Positions 51,267 through 63,490 of a stretch of 64,000 nucleotides of DNA are shown one piece after another. How positions within the stretch are numbered: position 1 is the first letter of the stretch; the number at the start of each line of letters is the position of its first letter. Made by a program: the position numbers and the translations under genes. This DNA is from Felis catus (Eukaryota), in assembly GCF_018350175.1 (NCBI RefSeq), contig NC_058380.1:44268001-44332000 (forward strand), read 5' to 3'. The notes beneath the pieces were generated by a model. It ran no database searches, was not told where the DNA came from, and saw only the letters and a program-made list of their open reading frames with translations.

Positions 51267-51767
51267 GTTCCAATAAACTTCCATTTATAAAAACAAGCAG
51301 CTGAAATCATATGTATTTGTCTTCCTTGACTTATTTTGCTTAGCATATAATACACTTTAGCTCCATCCACTTTGTTGCAAATGGCAAGACTTCATTCTTT
51401 TTTATAGCTGAGTAATACTCATATGTGGAATTGAAACAAAACATATGAACAAAGGGTAATTAAAAAAGGAGAGAGAGAGAGAGAGAGAGAGGGAGGAGAA
51501 GCAAACCATAAAACAGACTCAACTATCGAGAACAAACTGAGGGTTGATGGAGGAAAGTGGGTGGGGGATGGGCTAGATGGGTGATGGGTATTAAGGAGGG
51601 CACTTGGTGAGATGAGCACCGTGTGTTGTATATAAGTGATGAATCACAAATTCTACTTCTGAAACTAATAATAATAATGTGTTAACTAACTAGAATTTAA
51701 ATAAAAACTCGAAACAAACCAACAAACCACCAAGCAGCTGGCCCATGGACTGTGGTTTGCCAACCTG
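51267..51767 (+). mobile_element. MER58-like hAT-Charlie 3' fragment split by an L1
   Basis: gttccaataaac...tttataaaaacaagcagctg [L1] gcccatggactgtggtttgccaacctg. Confidence 0.7.
51304..51730 (+). mobile_element. Carnivore LINE-1, 5'-truncated with a 5' inversion
   Basis: 10-bp TSD caagcagctg at 51294-51303 and 51731-51740; ~51304-51416 is L1 antisense and ~51417-51730 is the L1 sense 3' end. Confidence 0.9.
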
Positions 51768-51870
51768 ATTTTTAAAATACCACATTAAAATATTACTTAT
51801 CTTGATTACTGAGATTTTGGGTGCCTCCTTCAATTTTGTGCCCCACTCACCTCACCCTGTTCCAGCCCTG
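51768..51870 (-). mobile_element. MER96B-like MITE, 5' part only, inverted
   Basis: tatcttgattactgagattttgggtgcctccttcaattttgtgcc...cctcaccctgttccagccctg. Confidence 0.75.
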
Positions 51871-52040
51871 GGAGTTTGGATTTTGTTCCAGGTTCACATG
51901 ATAAGCCAACGAAGGTTTTCAAGCAAGTGACTGATGGAATTTAAGTTTTAAAACGATGGCTTTGGCTGCTGTAGAGATTGGAGGAGGATCAAATGCAGAG
52001 AGATGGGAGGTCAGGAGGCTGATGTACTAGTCTAGTGACG
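51871..52040 (-). mobile_element. L2 LINE fragment (host of the nested MITE cluster)
   Basis: ggagtttggattttgttcc...aagccaacgaaggttttcaagca...ttttaaaacgatggctttggctgctgt. Confidence 0.7.
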
Positions 52041-52676
52041 CTACTCTTGCCCAAGTCACCAAAGGCCACTCTGACGTGAAGACAGTGGCCACTTCCTGTC
52101 CTCACATGTCACTGGCTATGTCAGCATGTGTCTAACTGTCATGTTGTCATTGAGACTCTCCTTCTATCTCATTGAGTGCCCTCTTCTGTTCTCAGTCCTT
52201 TGGCCTTACACACCATCAATGGACACCCATAGTCCTGACTTTGTCCCCTCAGAACATGCACATCTCGCTGCCAGTTAGCCGTCTCCATTCATTGTCTAGT
52301 GGGTGTAACAGACTTCACACAGCCAATTTCATTTTCATAGATATTAATGCCTTTCTCTCTGTACTGTTGAAATCAGTCCAATCATACACTTAGATGTTAT
52401 AAAACATCTTCATATTTCTTTGGTTTATTTTAGGTTGCTTAAACATTTTTTTAGCACCTAAAATAACATGTATGTGTTTGGACTATAAAAGCAACACATG
52501 CTTACTAAAAATTTTTATTTCCATTCCCCAACCTGTTAATCTTCTATCTACCTTTTAGTAGAGGAGGGCACTACCATCTACTCAATTGCTCAAGCCAAAA
52601 AATTAGGAATCTTTCTTAATTTTTCCCTTCCCCTTTTCCCCTACATTCAGCCTGCTAGCAAATATCACAAAGCCTA

Positions 52677-52891
52677 GGGGCACCTGGGTGGCTCAGTTGG
52701 TTAGGCATCTGACTTTGGCTCAGGCCGTGATCTTGCGGTTCACGAGTCCAAGCCCCATATTGGGCTCAGTGCTGACAGTTCAGAGCGGGGAGCCTGCTTC
52801 GGATTCTGTGTCTCCCTCTCTCTCTGCCCCTCCCCCACTTGCGCGCGCTCTCTCTCTCTCGCTCTCAAAAATAAATAAGCATTAAAAAAAA
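52677..52891 (+). mobile_element. CAN-SINE (SINEC_Fc type)
   Basis: ggggcacctgggtggctcagttggtt...gcctgcttcggattctgtgtctccctctctc...aaaataaataa. Confidence 0.95.
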
Positions 52892-54778
52892 TACCATGAA
52901 GTCTATTGCCAACACTTGCCCCCATTTGTCTTTAAAAAAATCATCAACCTTAGTAGGTCTCGTAAGGACATAGTTCCCACATATGTAGGGTACCGTCTGC
53001 CCCAGATGGAGAAGGCTGGGGTGGCAAGGGGTAAGAGTGTGTGAATAGTATTGTTGAATTCCCAGGACAGGCGTAGAGAGATAGACTGGATTGGCTTTTG
53101 GAGGGCAGAAGATGCAGTTTGGAGAGAAGTAGTTCTCCATGTGTCTGGGTCTCTTCAGGTAGAAAGGGTCTCAACTTTAGGTCTAGCACACATACTCTCT
53201 TACATCCTATGCTGGGTCCACACATCTAGATCTGGGACCAGAGAGTGAAATTCTCCAGCAGATGGTTGGTCTTGGAAGGGGTAGGGTGATTTTAGTGAAA
53301 ATGTGTCTAGTCTTCATCTGGGATGGTGCCCAAACAGACAGGGCTGGTGACACCGTTCAGCCAGAGCTCAGCTTGAATGGCTCAGGATCTATGGCCTGGC
53401 ATGGGGGTGACACCAGGTGGCAATGTACCAAAACCACAGATTCAGCTTTCCAGCTAAGAGTATACTCCTCTGAGAGCCATTTTTGCCAATGTAGAGGCCA
53501 CTTAACCGGTAGCTATGCCTCCAGGTCCTGCTCACATAGACCAAATGAAGTTTGTTTGCTTCTTTTGCTGTCGTTTGATTTGGCTCTGATGGTTGCTTGT
53601 ATGGGGATGAGACTTTCCATGTTTTATGATTGCAAGATCCTGTTCCGAGACATGGTATTAATTTTTCTGAGCAGATCTGAATGAGTTCATCAATCGTCTA
53701 CCCACTTAAAAAATCAGTGGATTTGATTTAGTAATGACTGATTTTAAATGCTCTTTGCATATCAAATGTAAGCTGCCTGACCCTATTAAGAAGAAGAATT
53801 TTTATCTTAAGGTTAAATATTGAAAAATTATAAATACCTGCTCTACTTATACCTGCATCTTACCGAACTCAGTAGACTCTACAGTATAAAAATATTAGAT
53901 TTACTGTCTCTTTCCTGCTGAAATGTCTATTTGCCGAGATCAAAGGACCCATTATTCAGGCTAGATGTTACATTTTCCACCAATCTTATTTCTAGGAAAT
54001 ATTTCTAGCTCAGTTTTTGACATGCCTCTTGTGCTCCACATTCTGCCACTGCCATTAAATTTGAATAACTGGTGCAGATGACCCTATCATGGTAGCAAAT
54101 TAAGCACAGACCCTTCGGGTCTATTTCTCTGTATGCGGAGCGTCTGCTACCAAAGGGCCATCAAGGAGTCCAATGAGGATACATTCCAGAGAATGCATGG
54201 GAGGTCTTGTTCCCACAGACACTACGTACCAGGACAACTGCCCTACACACTCCTGTACCCTTTGGAAGGGGAAGAATGTCATGTCTGAGCCTTCTCTCTG
54301 TAACATATATTTACCAAAAATAACTATGAGTACCTGTGTGTGCCTTTCCAGGTTGCAAAGCACTTGAAATATGCGACTATCAATACGCCGTGTAGGACTG
54401 CAGTTCTCACCATTCAATTTCTTCTGCAACACTTGAGAATGACATGGACATGTGTGGCACCGACACAGCAATGGACTAGTGATGTGCTTAATCCACAGAG
54501 TGCAGGACTGCCCAGGTTTTATGTCTTTGTCTCGTTCCTCCTTGTGCAAGCTTGCTGGACTCAACTGAGTGAGGCTGAGGTTACTGAGGTAACCTTGAAA
54601 CCTCTCTAATTGGTGGAAGTAAATTTTTGAACTTGGGTACTTTGGTCATTGGGGATAATAACTGCCTATGACACACCTCACACCTGAGGATACACTCATC
54701 CAATTCCATGCTGCACTTGTAAACTTAGAGCTTCACGAGGAATGGCGTCTCTCATCTAAAGATCAAAGATTTATTTAA

Positions 54779-54999
54779 GGGCACCTGGGTGGCTCAGTAG
54801 GTTGAGCATCTGACTTCAGCTCAGGTCATGATCTCATGGCTAGTGAGTTCGAGCCTTGCATTGGGCTCTGTGCTGACAGCTCGGAGCCTAGAACCTGCTT
54901 TGGATTCTATGTCTCCCTCTCTCTGCCCCTCTCAAGCTCGTGCTCTCTTTCTCTCTCTCAAAAATAAATAAATGTTCAAAAAATTAGAAGAGTAAAAAA
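54779..54999 (+). mobile_element. CAN-SINE (SINEC_Fc type)
   Basis: gggcacctgggtggctcag...gtgctgacagctcggagcc; TSD approximately atcaaagattt. Confidence 0.95.
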
Positions 55000-55139
55000 A
55001 TCAAAGATTTCTGTAAAGTGAGAATAAGTTCAGTGTTAGACATAGCCATGGTGGAAATGATTCAGTGATTCAAATGGATGTAGGTGGGAGACTGGCTTTT
55101 GAAGGATAAGGACATTCAGCCTAAATGGACATGGTTATA

Positions 55140-55365
55140 TATTTTGTAGGTGACACTTATTATATGCTTAATATTCCAGAAAGGGTCTATGATTCACTCA
55201 TTAAATCCTTGTAACAGCCTGTAAGGTAAGTTCTGTTTTCATCCTTAAGTGACAGAATGGGAAAACATAAAACAGAGGAAGGGGAAGATAAATCATTTGC
55301 CCCATGCGAACTACAGTGAGTGAAAGAGTTGAGCTGAGTCTATGCCCTTGGCCATTATGCTACTC
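55140..55365 (-). mobile_element. MIR SINE
   Basis: cactcattaaatccttgtaacagcctgtaaggtaag...gggaaaac...catttgccc. Confidence 0.55.
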
Positions 55366-56059
55366 TCTATCTCCATTTAAGCTCGTTTGATTTTAAATTA
55401 CAGTCCTGTTTTCCTCACCTGACCTTAGCTTATGCATAGCTTCTCTATATTTTCACGTAATCTGCTTGAAACATAAAGAGTTGATGTTCATGTTTTAAAA
55501 AAACTTATCGTGACACTTTTCATGTTCTGCTTAGTGGATACTTGTAAATAACTGAAAATAGGATTCTTCATAAAGAATATTCAATATCAACATCAACGTT
55601 ACTTGTTTGCATGAAAAATTCTGTAGGTGAAAGACTATATTAGTATTCTTACTCTGTGATCTCTAAGTAGAAAAGTACTAAATAGGGTCTTTTTCATGAG
55701 TTAACCATTAACTGGAACTTCCAAAACAAACTTTGAATAGGCATAAAACTAAAGGAGTAGAATAAAAAATATACAGTACTTGAAGGTGAGATAAAACATC
55801 TTATTTTGTTACATCCTATTTTGTATAAGTTTAGAGGCTCCCCATCCCCATGGATGAAAATAATTTTAGCATTCAAGCTATATACTATAAAGATATAGAC
55901 GGAGGGGACACATTATCAAGAACACAAAAATGTCTGAATGCTATAAATACACTCAGCTCCGTGAGATTAAATTAGCTAATGTATTAATATAATTCCTATT
56001 CACATTCATTTGTAAAGACAAAGATAACCAGAATTCCCACCATCTTAGGAATATCTTAC

Positions 56060-56185
56060 ACTGAAAAACTGACATTATTATTATCATTTTACTTAAAATT
56101 TCTTTGTTCCTTAGAGTGTGCTGCATTGTTACAACTGATCATTCCACGACTATGATTTAGCCTAACTTCGTTTGTGAGCTTTCGG
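56060..56185 (-). other. Candidate exon with strong acceptor (phase 0: PKAHKRS*); 3' boundary uncertain
   Basis: ccctgattttcttttacag|CCGAAAGC at 56185 and a possible donor AGT|gtaaga at 56060; CpG-retaining unique flanks. Confidence 0.3.
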
Positions 56186-56649
56186 CTGTAAAAGAAAATC
56201 AGGGACATATTTTGTACTTTGGAGTAAATTCCCCATATCTAACAAAATAAACATGACGTTTTTGTTAAACATGGTGGCAAAAATAATGTGTGTTTTCAAA
56301 ACACGACGGCAAAGAAGGGTGTGGAAGAAATGGGACTCAGGATAGAACATGGAAAGGATGAACGTTTTTTAGGTGGGTCCCAATGACAGTGGGTCTGTGG
56401 TCAAGATCAGCATGGGGTTGGGTGATGGGGGGCTGGTCCCCAGCAGCCCAAACTCCCAAAGGCTGGCCCACTCCACACCTCAAGTTTGGATTTCCTACAT
56501 TAGTTCTGTAAGAGAGAAGACTGTACAATTTTTCACTATGCATCACAAATACAAATTTTTCAGGTGTGTAAGGAACTTCAAGGGAATTGTCCTGGTCCAT
56601 TCCTCCCTTTTTAAAGAGGAAGAAACTGATCCCATGACAAGAGACTGTG

Positions 56650-56830
56650 TTTGAAATGCAAAAGGCACTGGACCTGGGTCAGATGCCCACCTGAAGTCAC
56701 GTTCCCCCATCTTCCCAGCTGTGTGATCTGGGGAATGCTGTCAGCCTTTGTGGTTCCAGCTTCCCTAGCTATAGGATTATGATAAGCCTTCCTAGGAATG
56801 CTGATTAGAAACAGTACATGGGATGATGTA
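56650..56830 (+). mobile_element. MIR SINE
   Basis: aaggcactggacctgggtcaga...cagctgtgtgatctgggga. Confidence 0.55.
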
Positions 56831-57618
56831 TACTAAATTACCTTGAAAATGATGCAAAGCAATACACTCATTGCTATCAAATAATCCACGTTAGGCACAA
56901 TCCTGTAGTATCTGAGTTTTAGCCAAAATGCAAAGAATTCTAGCCATTTTGTACGAGAGCCAAACAAACAGGTGTATTTCAGTGCATCATCTTATAGGTT
57001 TCCTTTCCTCACAAAGTGTGACATAAACCATTTGAGTTTCTTGCTTGTTCTCAGACTCCCCCGGAAGAAGATTGGAAGAGAAATTGCATTTTCACCAACA
57101 GATCACTTCTCTTCTCTGAAACTGCCCTCGCCACTGATTATAAAAAACAAACAAACAAAACAAAACCCCAAACCCTGTATCCTCTTTGGCAGCAAGCAGG
57201 GGGCTGTCCCTTTAGGGCTGACACACTTTCTTTATTGCAGAAAGAAATGCCTGTGAAGCTTTTGAATGCTGAATTCAAAACATCAGTGATGTCAGGCCAG
57301 GTCCACCTTTTAAAGAAAGGTCACTGCTGTGCGAAAGGACCTGTGTGCGGGGCCTCAGACTGGGTGGGATAAGACTGACAAGCAGACGGTTTTGATGGAT
57401 AACAACAAGCTTTTCTCTTTCAAGGGTGCGCTGATCAGACAGGAACAAGACATAAGCACACCCTTTCCCAATCCACTCCTTCTCTGCTATTATCTCGGGC
57501 ATGGTTAGAGTGAAAATAAGTTTTGGTGGCTTTTATGGCCCTAAAAATATGGCCCCAACCAACCTTCCTTGGCATGTATTTCCCACTACAATTCTTTCCC
57601 TCATCCTCAAACACAAAT

Positions 57619-57620
<2 letters not shown>

Positions 57621-57652
<32 letters not shown>
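57621..57652. repeat. (CA)n microsatellite
   Basis: Seen directly. Confidence 0.95.
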
Positions 57653-57655
<3 letters not shown>

Positions 57656-57689
57656 GAGGGAAAGGAGTTCCAAGTTCTTTAGTTGTACC

Positions 57690-57975
57690 TCTTGCCTGGA
57701 ATACTATCCTTGACCATTCCCCTGGAGAAGTTTGCTGGATTTCTCTCTATCCTCTAACCCTCACCTCTTCCATGAAGCCTTCCAAGGTTTTCCCAGATGA
57801 AATTAATTTCCTTTTCCTTTGTATCATGAGAATTCCTTGATTGTAGTAGTATTTACAGCCTGCCTTTAGTGGTTTATTTTATTTGTTTCCTCTCTATGTG
57901 TGGAACTCTTCCTTGACAAGGGGTATGCTAGTTATCTTTGTCTCTCCTGTAGTAACTAAGACTTTAGTAAAGGTA
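57690..57975 (+). mobile_element. L2 LINE 3' fragment
   Basis: tgcctggaatact...tcacctcttccatgaagccttcc...tatctttgtctctcc. Confidence 0.6.
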
Positions 57976-59914
57976 TTTATAAGAACATTTACCTGTTAAA
58001 ACTCTTCAAAGTTGTCCTTTTATCTCAGGGAACTTAGAGATGGTCTGTGTTGGGGTTTCCTAAATCTCCTTTATTAGAAATTTTGGCCATATAGGACAAG
58101 ACCACTAACAGGTCTCTACAATTAGAGAAGAAGCAGTAGGAAGGATGAGAAAGAGGTAATGCTCATGGCTCTGTTTTCATGTGACAGATGTCCCTGAGAT
58201 GAGGTGGGGCAGCATGCACTGCTCAGAATAGCACTACTGGCTGAAGAATATCATTAAGGGGTCAGGGAAATGGGGCACTAAAGGTAAATTAAGGGTAGGA
58301 CAACATGAACAAATACAAAAGAACATTTCTGGATCAAAACGGAAGTGGGAAATAAACAAGATTTATTATCAGCAGGAAAGAATGCTTATGAAATTAATCA
58401 GTGGGTATCACTTGTGTTGCTATTGTTAAAAACCCAATCCTTTAAGTGAATGTAGGTTCTCACCTTTACAAGAATCATTAACTCCTCTCAGTAAATGGGA
58501 AAATGCTTGACTTCAAAAACAGCACAAAGGGAAGGCCTATGATGAACAAAGTTATAGGGTATCTTATTTGAGTTAGCCAACACATATTTTACAGTGGACA
58601 TCTGCATGAGGATTGTGAGCCCTGAGTTTGAACTTCCTTTCTTCTCCTCTTGGTGGTAGTGGTAGGAGGTATTTGTGGAAGGCAAGAAAGGAGGACAAAA
58701 GATAAAGAGATTTTAACTAGCCAAGGCAGCCCTATTAACTAGTTCTCAGAAATAAAAATGGTGCAAACATTAACTGAAGTGCCATAAACTGTTATTAGGC
58801 AGTGGCAGACATTAGTTTAAATAACAGAGACAACATCCCTGTAAAGTACTTACATAATAGTATCTTCATTCTTCAGATGGGCAGCAAAGTTAAACAACTT
58901 GTTCTAAGGCCATCCAATTAATAAGTGTTATTGCCACATGTCTAATAAAAAATCCGCCAAACAAGGGCAATGCATTTCAAAAATGTTAGGTTTCATGAAT
59001 TCAGAGAAGTAGCAAGAGATTAGATGGGGACAATGAAAACCAAAAACCCAGAAACAAAGAAACCAAGTACCCAAAGGAATTGGATGGCACTGATGGAAAG
59101 AATTTCAATACACAAGAGAAAAAGTGAAAGTAAGATAAAGAATCAAATTGGCTAGAACTAGAACTTGCACCAACATAATAGAATGTTACAAAACAGAGAA
59201 ACTGAACCAGATCATTTAAGGAGAAGTGAAGGAAATAAAATTCACCTGTAGGAAGAAAGCCCCAAATGGGAAACAGTTTGTATAAATTATTTGGAATAGG
59301 GAAAGCATTTAATTCCACCGGCCAAGGGGGAGCCAGATACACACTGATTCACTAATGAGGGGAGACATCTAATCAAAGAGGACACTTTTAAGATTAAGGG
59401 GTTAGGGTTGGTTACTGAGTTTTGTGTTTATAAAACAATCCATAAAAAGGGTCAATTTGTATTCAGTTTCACAGACTCTGTACCACCCACGTCTGTTGGC
59501 AGACTGGGAAAGCTAGAACAGGGAAGGAAATGACTCAAAGTTATTTAATAAAACTGGTTTTGCTCAAATTGTCTGGGCCTAAAGTTATTCATTTCAAAAT
59601 AAGAGGGTTTAGTGAGTTTTACCATTATCAATTACAAATTACTCCCTCCCCCCCTCAACAATTCTTTAAAAGATGTAGATGATGGGAAGTGTAGAAACCA
59701 TGTAGCAAAGTTCAAGATCAGTCAGACCCATTTAAATACTAGAAAGGAATCACTGCCAAATATTACCCAACTTGCAAACATAAGTGCTTAGAGGTTTGGA
59801 GATACAGCTAAACAGCTTTTTTTTCAAAATATACAAAACTTTTGTTTCTTGGGATGAGGCAGTAGGCATTTTGTATTTCCATTTATAATAAGCAATGAAA
59901 AGTATTAAGATTTT

Positions 59915-59960
59915 ATTTTATTTATTTTATTTTAAAAAAATGTTTTAAATGTTTATTTTT

Positions 59961-59993
<33 letters not shown>

Positions 59994-60161
59994 CATGAGC
60001 AGGGGAGGGGCAGAGAGAGAGGGAGACACAGAATCTGAAACAGGCTTCAGAATCTGAGCTGTCAGCACAGACCCCAACGTGGGGGCTCAAACTCACAAAC
60101 CGTGAGATCATGACCTGAGCCCAAGTTGGACACTCAACCGACTGAGCCACCCAGGAGCCCC
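59915..60161 (-). mobile_element. CAN-SINE (SINEC_Fc type)
   Basis: TSD agattttattttt; (GA)n tract; ...cgactgagccacccaggagcccc. Confidence 0.95.
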
Positions 60162-60839
60162 AGATTTTATTTTTTTTTCAGATAATATTTATTGACCTGC
60201 AGTTTGAATTATCTTGCACAGAAATGTGTTGGGTATTTCATAATTGAGAGGAATATATGAAATACTAGTGAATTTGAAAAGAAAGCACTGATGTTATACT
60301 ATTCTTAAGCCATATCTTCGTGATAAGAACCATATCTTGATGATAAAAGTTGAGGGTTGGGGAGGAAAGTAAGAATACTATATTTGGGTTTTAATGTGGG
60401 ATTTCTTTTCAGCATTTGAAAAATCACTTCCAAAAATATGGTCTAGTACACACTGACAATTGGAGAGAACCATCCGGATCAAAGGATCCCTCAAATGTAG
60501 GTTTCATTTGGTTACAAGCACTAGCATGTTCAAGCATCTCTGCTCAATAAAGTATTTCTGAGGTCCAGGCAATAGTCCCCCAGTGGCATGTGATTTGACT
60601 AGGAAATATTGACAGTGTGCAGGAATAAGATTTAACTGCTGGCACAGAGTTTGTCCAACTGGCTCAGTTTGCCAGGGGGCCATCTTGGATCTAGCTCCAA
60701 CTATGGTGACAAAATATAAGAGCATCCCTCACCTCCCCCCACCCCACTCCAAATTAGAAAGCAATTCAGAGCACTGTGAATCTGCAGTAATCACCCAGTT
60801 GCTAGTTATTCTGTCCAGAGTACACGTTTGCAGCGAAGT

Positions 60840-61060
60840 GTCATAGCATGGTAGCCAAAGAGTGCAGGATATGGAGTAGACGCACGAGTCTGAATCTTAA
60901 CTCTGCGTATAACTGGAAATGTAACTGTTCCACACCTCAGGCCTCACTGGAAAAAAAAAGGACTATTATGTTCTACCTCATAAGCTATTTTGAGAATTAA
61001 AGGGGGTAATTCATGTGGAAGGTCTTGGCATCTGGTAACTAAATGCTTAATAAATTTTAG
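60840..61060 (+). mobile_element. MIR SINE
   Basis: catagcatggtag...ctacctcataagctattttgagaattaaa...atgcttaataaat. Confidence 0.65.
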
Positions 61061-62089
61061 TCCTTCTTAGCAGATTCTTTGAAAATAGACTCAAGAGCTG
61101 AAAATTTAAGAAACAAAATATGTAATACTTCCAGAAGACAAAAAATAATGGTACTAATTGGGTCCCAGGAGCCAACTCTGGTGGTAAGGAGGATGGATGC
61201 TGAAATATCTAGTCTACTGGTTAAAAGAAACAGAGCCTGAAACAGATTTCTGCAGGGACCCAACCCAGGGAAAATTAAGAAGTGGTATTCACATGAAGGC
61301 AAACAAGAACAACCTGATGAGTGATCATAGCTAACATTTCTGGAGACCTCTGGCTTATCATATGCTTGATCTGCAGTTGTGGATTGGTCCTGATAATCTT
61401 CTCCCTGTTCCCATCCTCACATCCCATGAGACAGCTTAGATGTGATGATTAGGGAGAAGCCTGTGGCTATGAAAGAAAGCAAAGAGAAAAGCTAACTGGC
61501 CAAAAGGGAACTGAAACCATGACCTTGGTCTCATTAAAAAGAGTCAGCAATGTCCTTGAATAGACCAGTTTTCCACAGACAGCTAAGCCATCTGCAGAGA
61601 AAACAAAACATGGCATACACACACAAACACATATGCACACACAAATAAAAACACAAAAGCAAAGAACAAATAAGATTTACAATCAAATATAAAGTAATTC
61701 ACAGGTATTTTTACAAATCAACTTCTATTTTTCTTTTGGTGTGAGCATCGATAGATAGCCTTCTATGAATCAATTCTGTTGGCAAGGTTGAAATGCTTCT
61801 GAAATGGAAAGCTATGCTATAAATTACATTTGAAAAGTCATAGCTAAGTTGTCAACTTGCATTGATAGGACACCCACCTACCTCAAAGATAAAAAGTGTG
61901 CTGCCTTCCAAAATTTGAAAACTGAAAAATGAGTACTTCAAAAACAAGCTCAGATGTAGACCTAACATTATCAGGCAGCACAGAATCAAAGCCCTGATGA
62001 CCTCATTTGCTTTTACAGTATGACAAGAAATAAACATTCTAAGCAAAGCTACAATACCTCAAGTAGGGGCTGTGTCAGCAATAATAGCA

Positions 62090-62325
62090 CCTAATAGTAA
62101 TGTAAGCGCTTACAGTAGCACTTACTATTTTAAGCACCTGAGCATGTATTGGCTAGTTTAATTCTTGGAACAGCCCAATGACAAAGGTGGTATTATTATT
62201 TCTATCTTATAGACAAAGAATATAAAGCAGAGAGAAATTAGGGAACCTGTCCAAGGTCATACGGTAAGTAGAGGCAGGATTCAGACCCAGGCAGTCTAAC
62301 TTAGAAGCCATGATCTTAACATCAC
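62090..62325 (-). mobile_element. MIR SINE
   Basis: tattattatttctatcttatagacaaagaa...cctgtccaaggtcatac...gattcagacccaggcagtct. Confidence 0.8.
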
Positions 62326-63099
62326 CCCATGGCAGCCAATGGGTGTTCCTGGGACAGATGAGAGATGACATCAGGCACTAAGGCACACACAGCTTGCCAG
62401 TGGGACATCCTCCCCCCTTATCTTCACACTTCTCTCTCCTTTTTTCCTATCCCCTTTCCCCCAGAGTGTTACTTTGAGTGTTAGCAAGCATACTGTCACT
62501 AATTTATAAAATTAGATTAAAAATAAACCCCAGAGTTGTCTTATCTAACCAATGCCTTTACTCTGCAGATGAGGAGACTGAGAGATAAACTAACGGGCCC
62601 TAAAAAATTACTGGGACCATCAAACTAATGCCAGTGTGTACTGTAATAGGACCTACTCCTTCCTAATCTTACAGGTTTCCCTATGAAGTACTGAAAGGGC
62701 TTCAGCCACTGTCTTAAAATCAGTTTTCATCCCTGACCATAGTTACTTCTCTCAGAGAGAACCCAGTTTTTCTCCCCCTGCAGATCTTGGTTCTTCCCTT
62801 CCATTCTGGCATTCCTCTGTGAGCTGGTACCAGAAAATCCTTACTCAGGTAGACTGCCTGATTGCTGGAGACTCCCATACTAATCTGCTCCCTAAGATGA
62901 TGCTAACTGTCCTTGTGCTTGGAGAGAAATTTCAAATCTTTTTGAATCTCTACTGCTAGGGACTTCTATTTAATCTGTATGTGATTAAAGGTTATTGACC
63001 AGTATCTTCTCACCTTTCTTTTGTTTGTGCAGGAGGTAGGGTACTTCCTCTAAGTCTTGGATTTTTGCTCAGTGAAAGAAAAGACTTGGTATCTGATAT

Positions 63100-63490
63100 T
63101 ACCATGGCCAAATAATGGCCCCCAGGATGTCCACATCCTGTCTTAACCTCAGTGAATATGTTACTTTATATGGCAAAAGGGACTTTGCAGGTGTCCTTGT
63201 ATAAGAGAGGCAATAGAGTGAGATTTAGAGAGAAAAAGACTAGAGAGCCAGGGGTAGGTATGAGGCACTGGAGATGGAGGAAGGAGTCACACACCAAAGA
63301 ATGCAGTCTGGCCTCTAGAAGCTTGAAAAGGCAAAGAAATGTGCTCTCCTGTGATGCTTCCAGAATGAACACGGCCCTGATAACACCTCAATCTTGGAAT
63401 TCTGACCCCCAGAACTCTAACATTAATAAATACATACGTGTCGTCTTAAGTCACAACATTTGTGGTACTTTGCCTTATGAATCTAAAACA
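63100..63490 (+). mobile_element. MLT1 (MLT1D-like) solo LTR
   Basis: aataatggccccaggatgtccacatcct...gtgaatatgttactttatatggcaaaagggactttgcag...ggcctctagaagcttgaaaaggcaa...ttgtggtactttg. Confidence 0.85.

Noticed and set aside
13307-60161. tRNA-like A/B boxes as tRNA genes; orientation bias of SINEs (8 minus, 4 plus)
   Set aside because: The boxes are the tRNA-derived heads of CAN-SINEs, and an 8:4 split is within chance.
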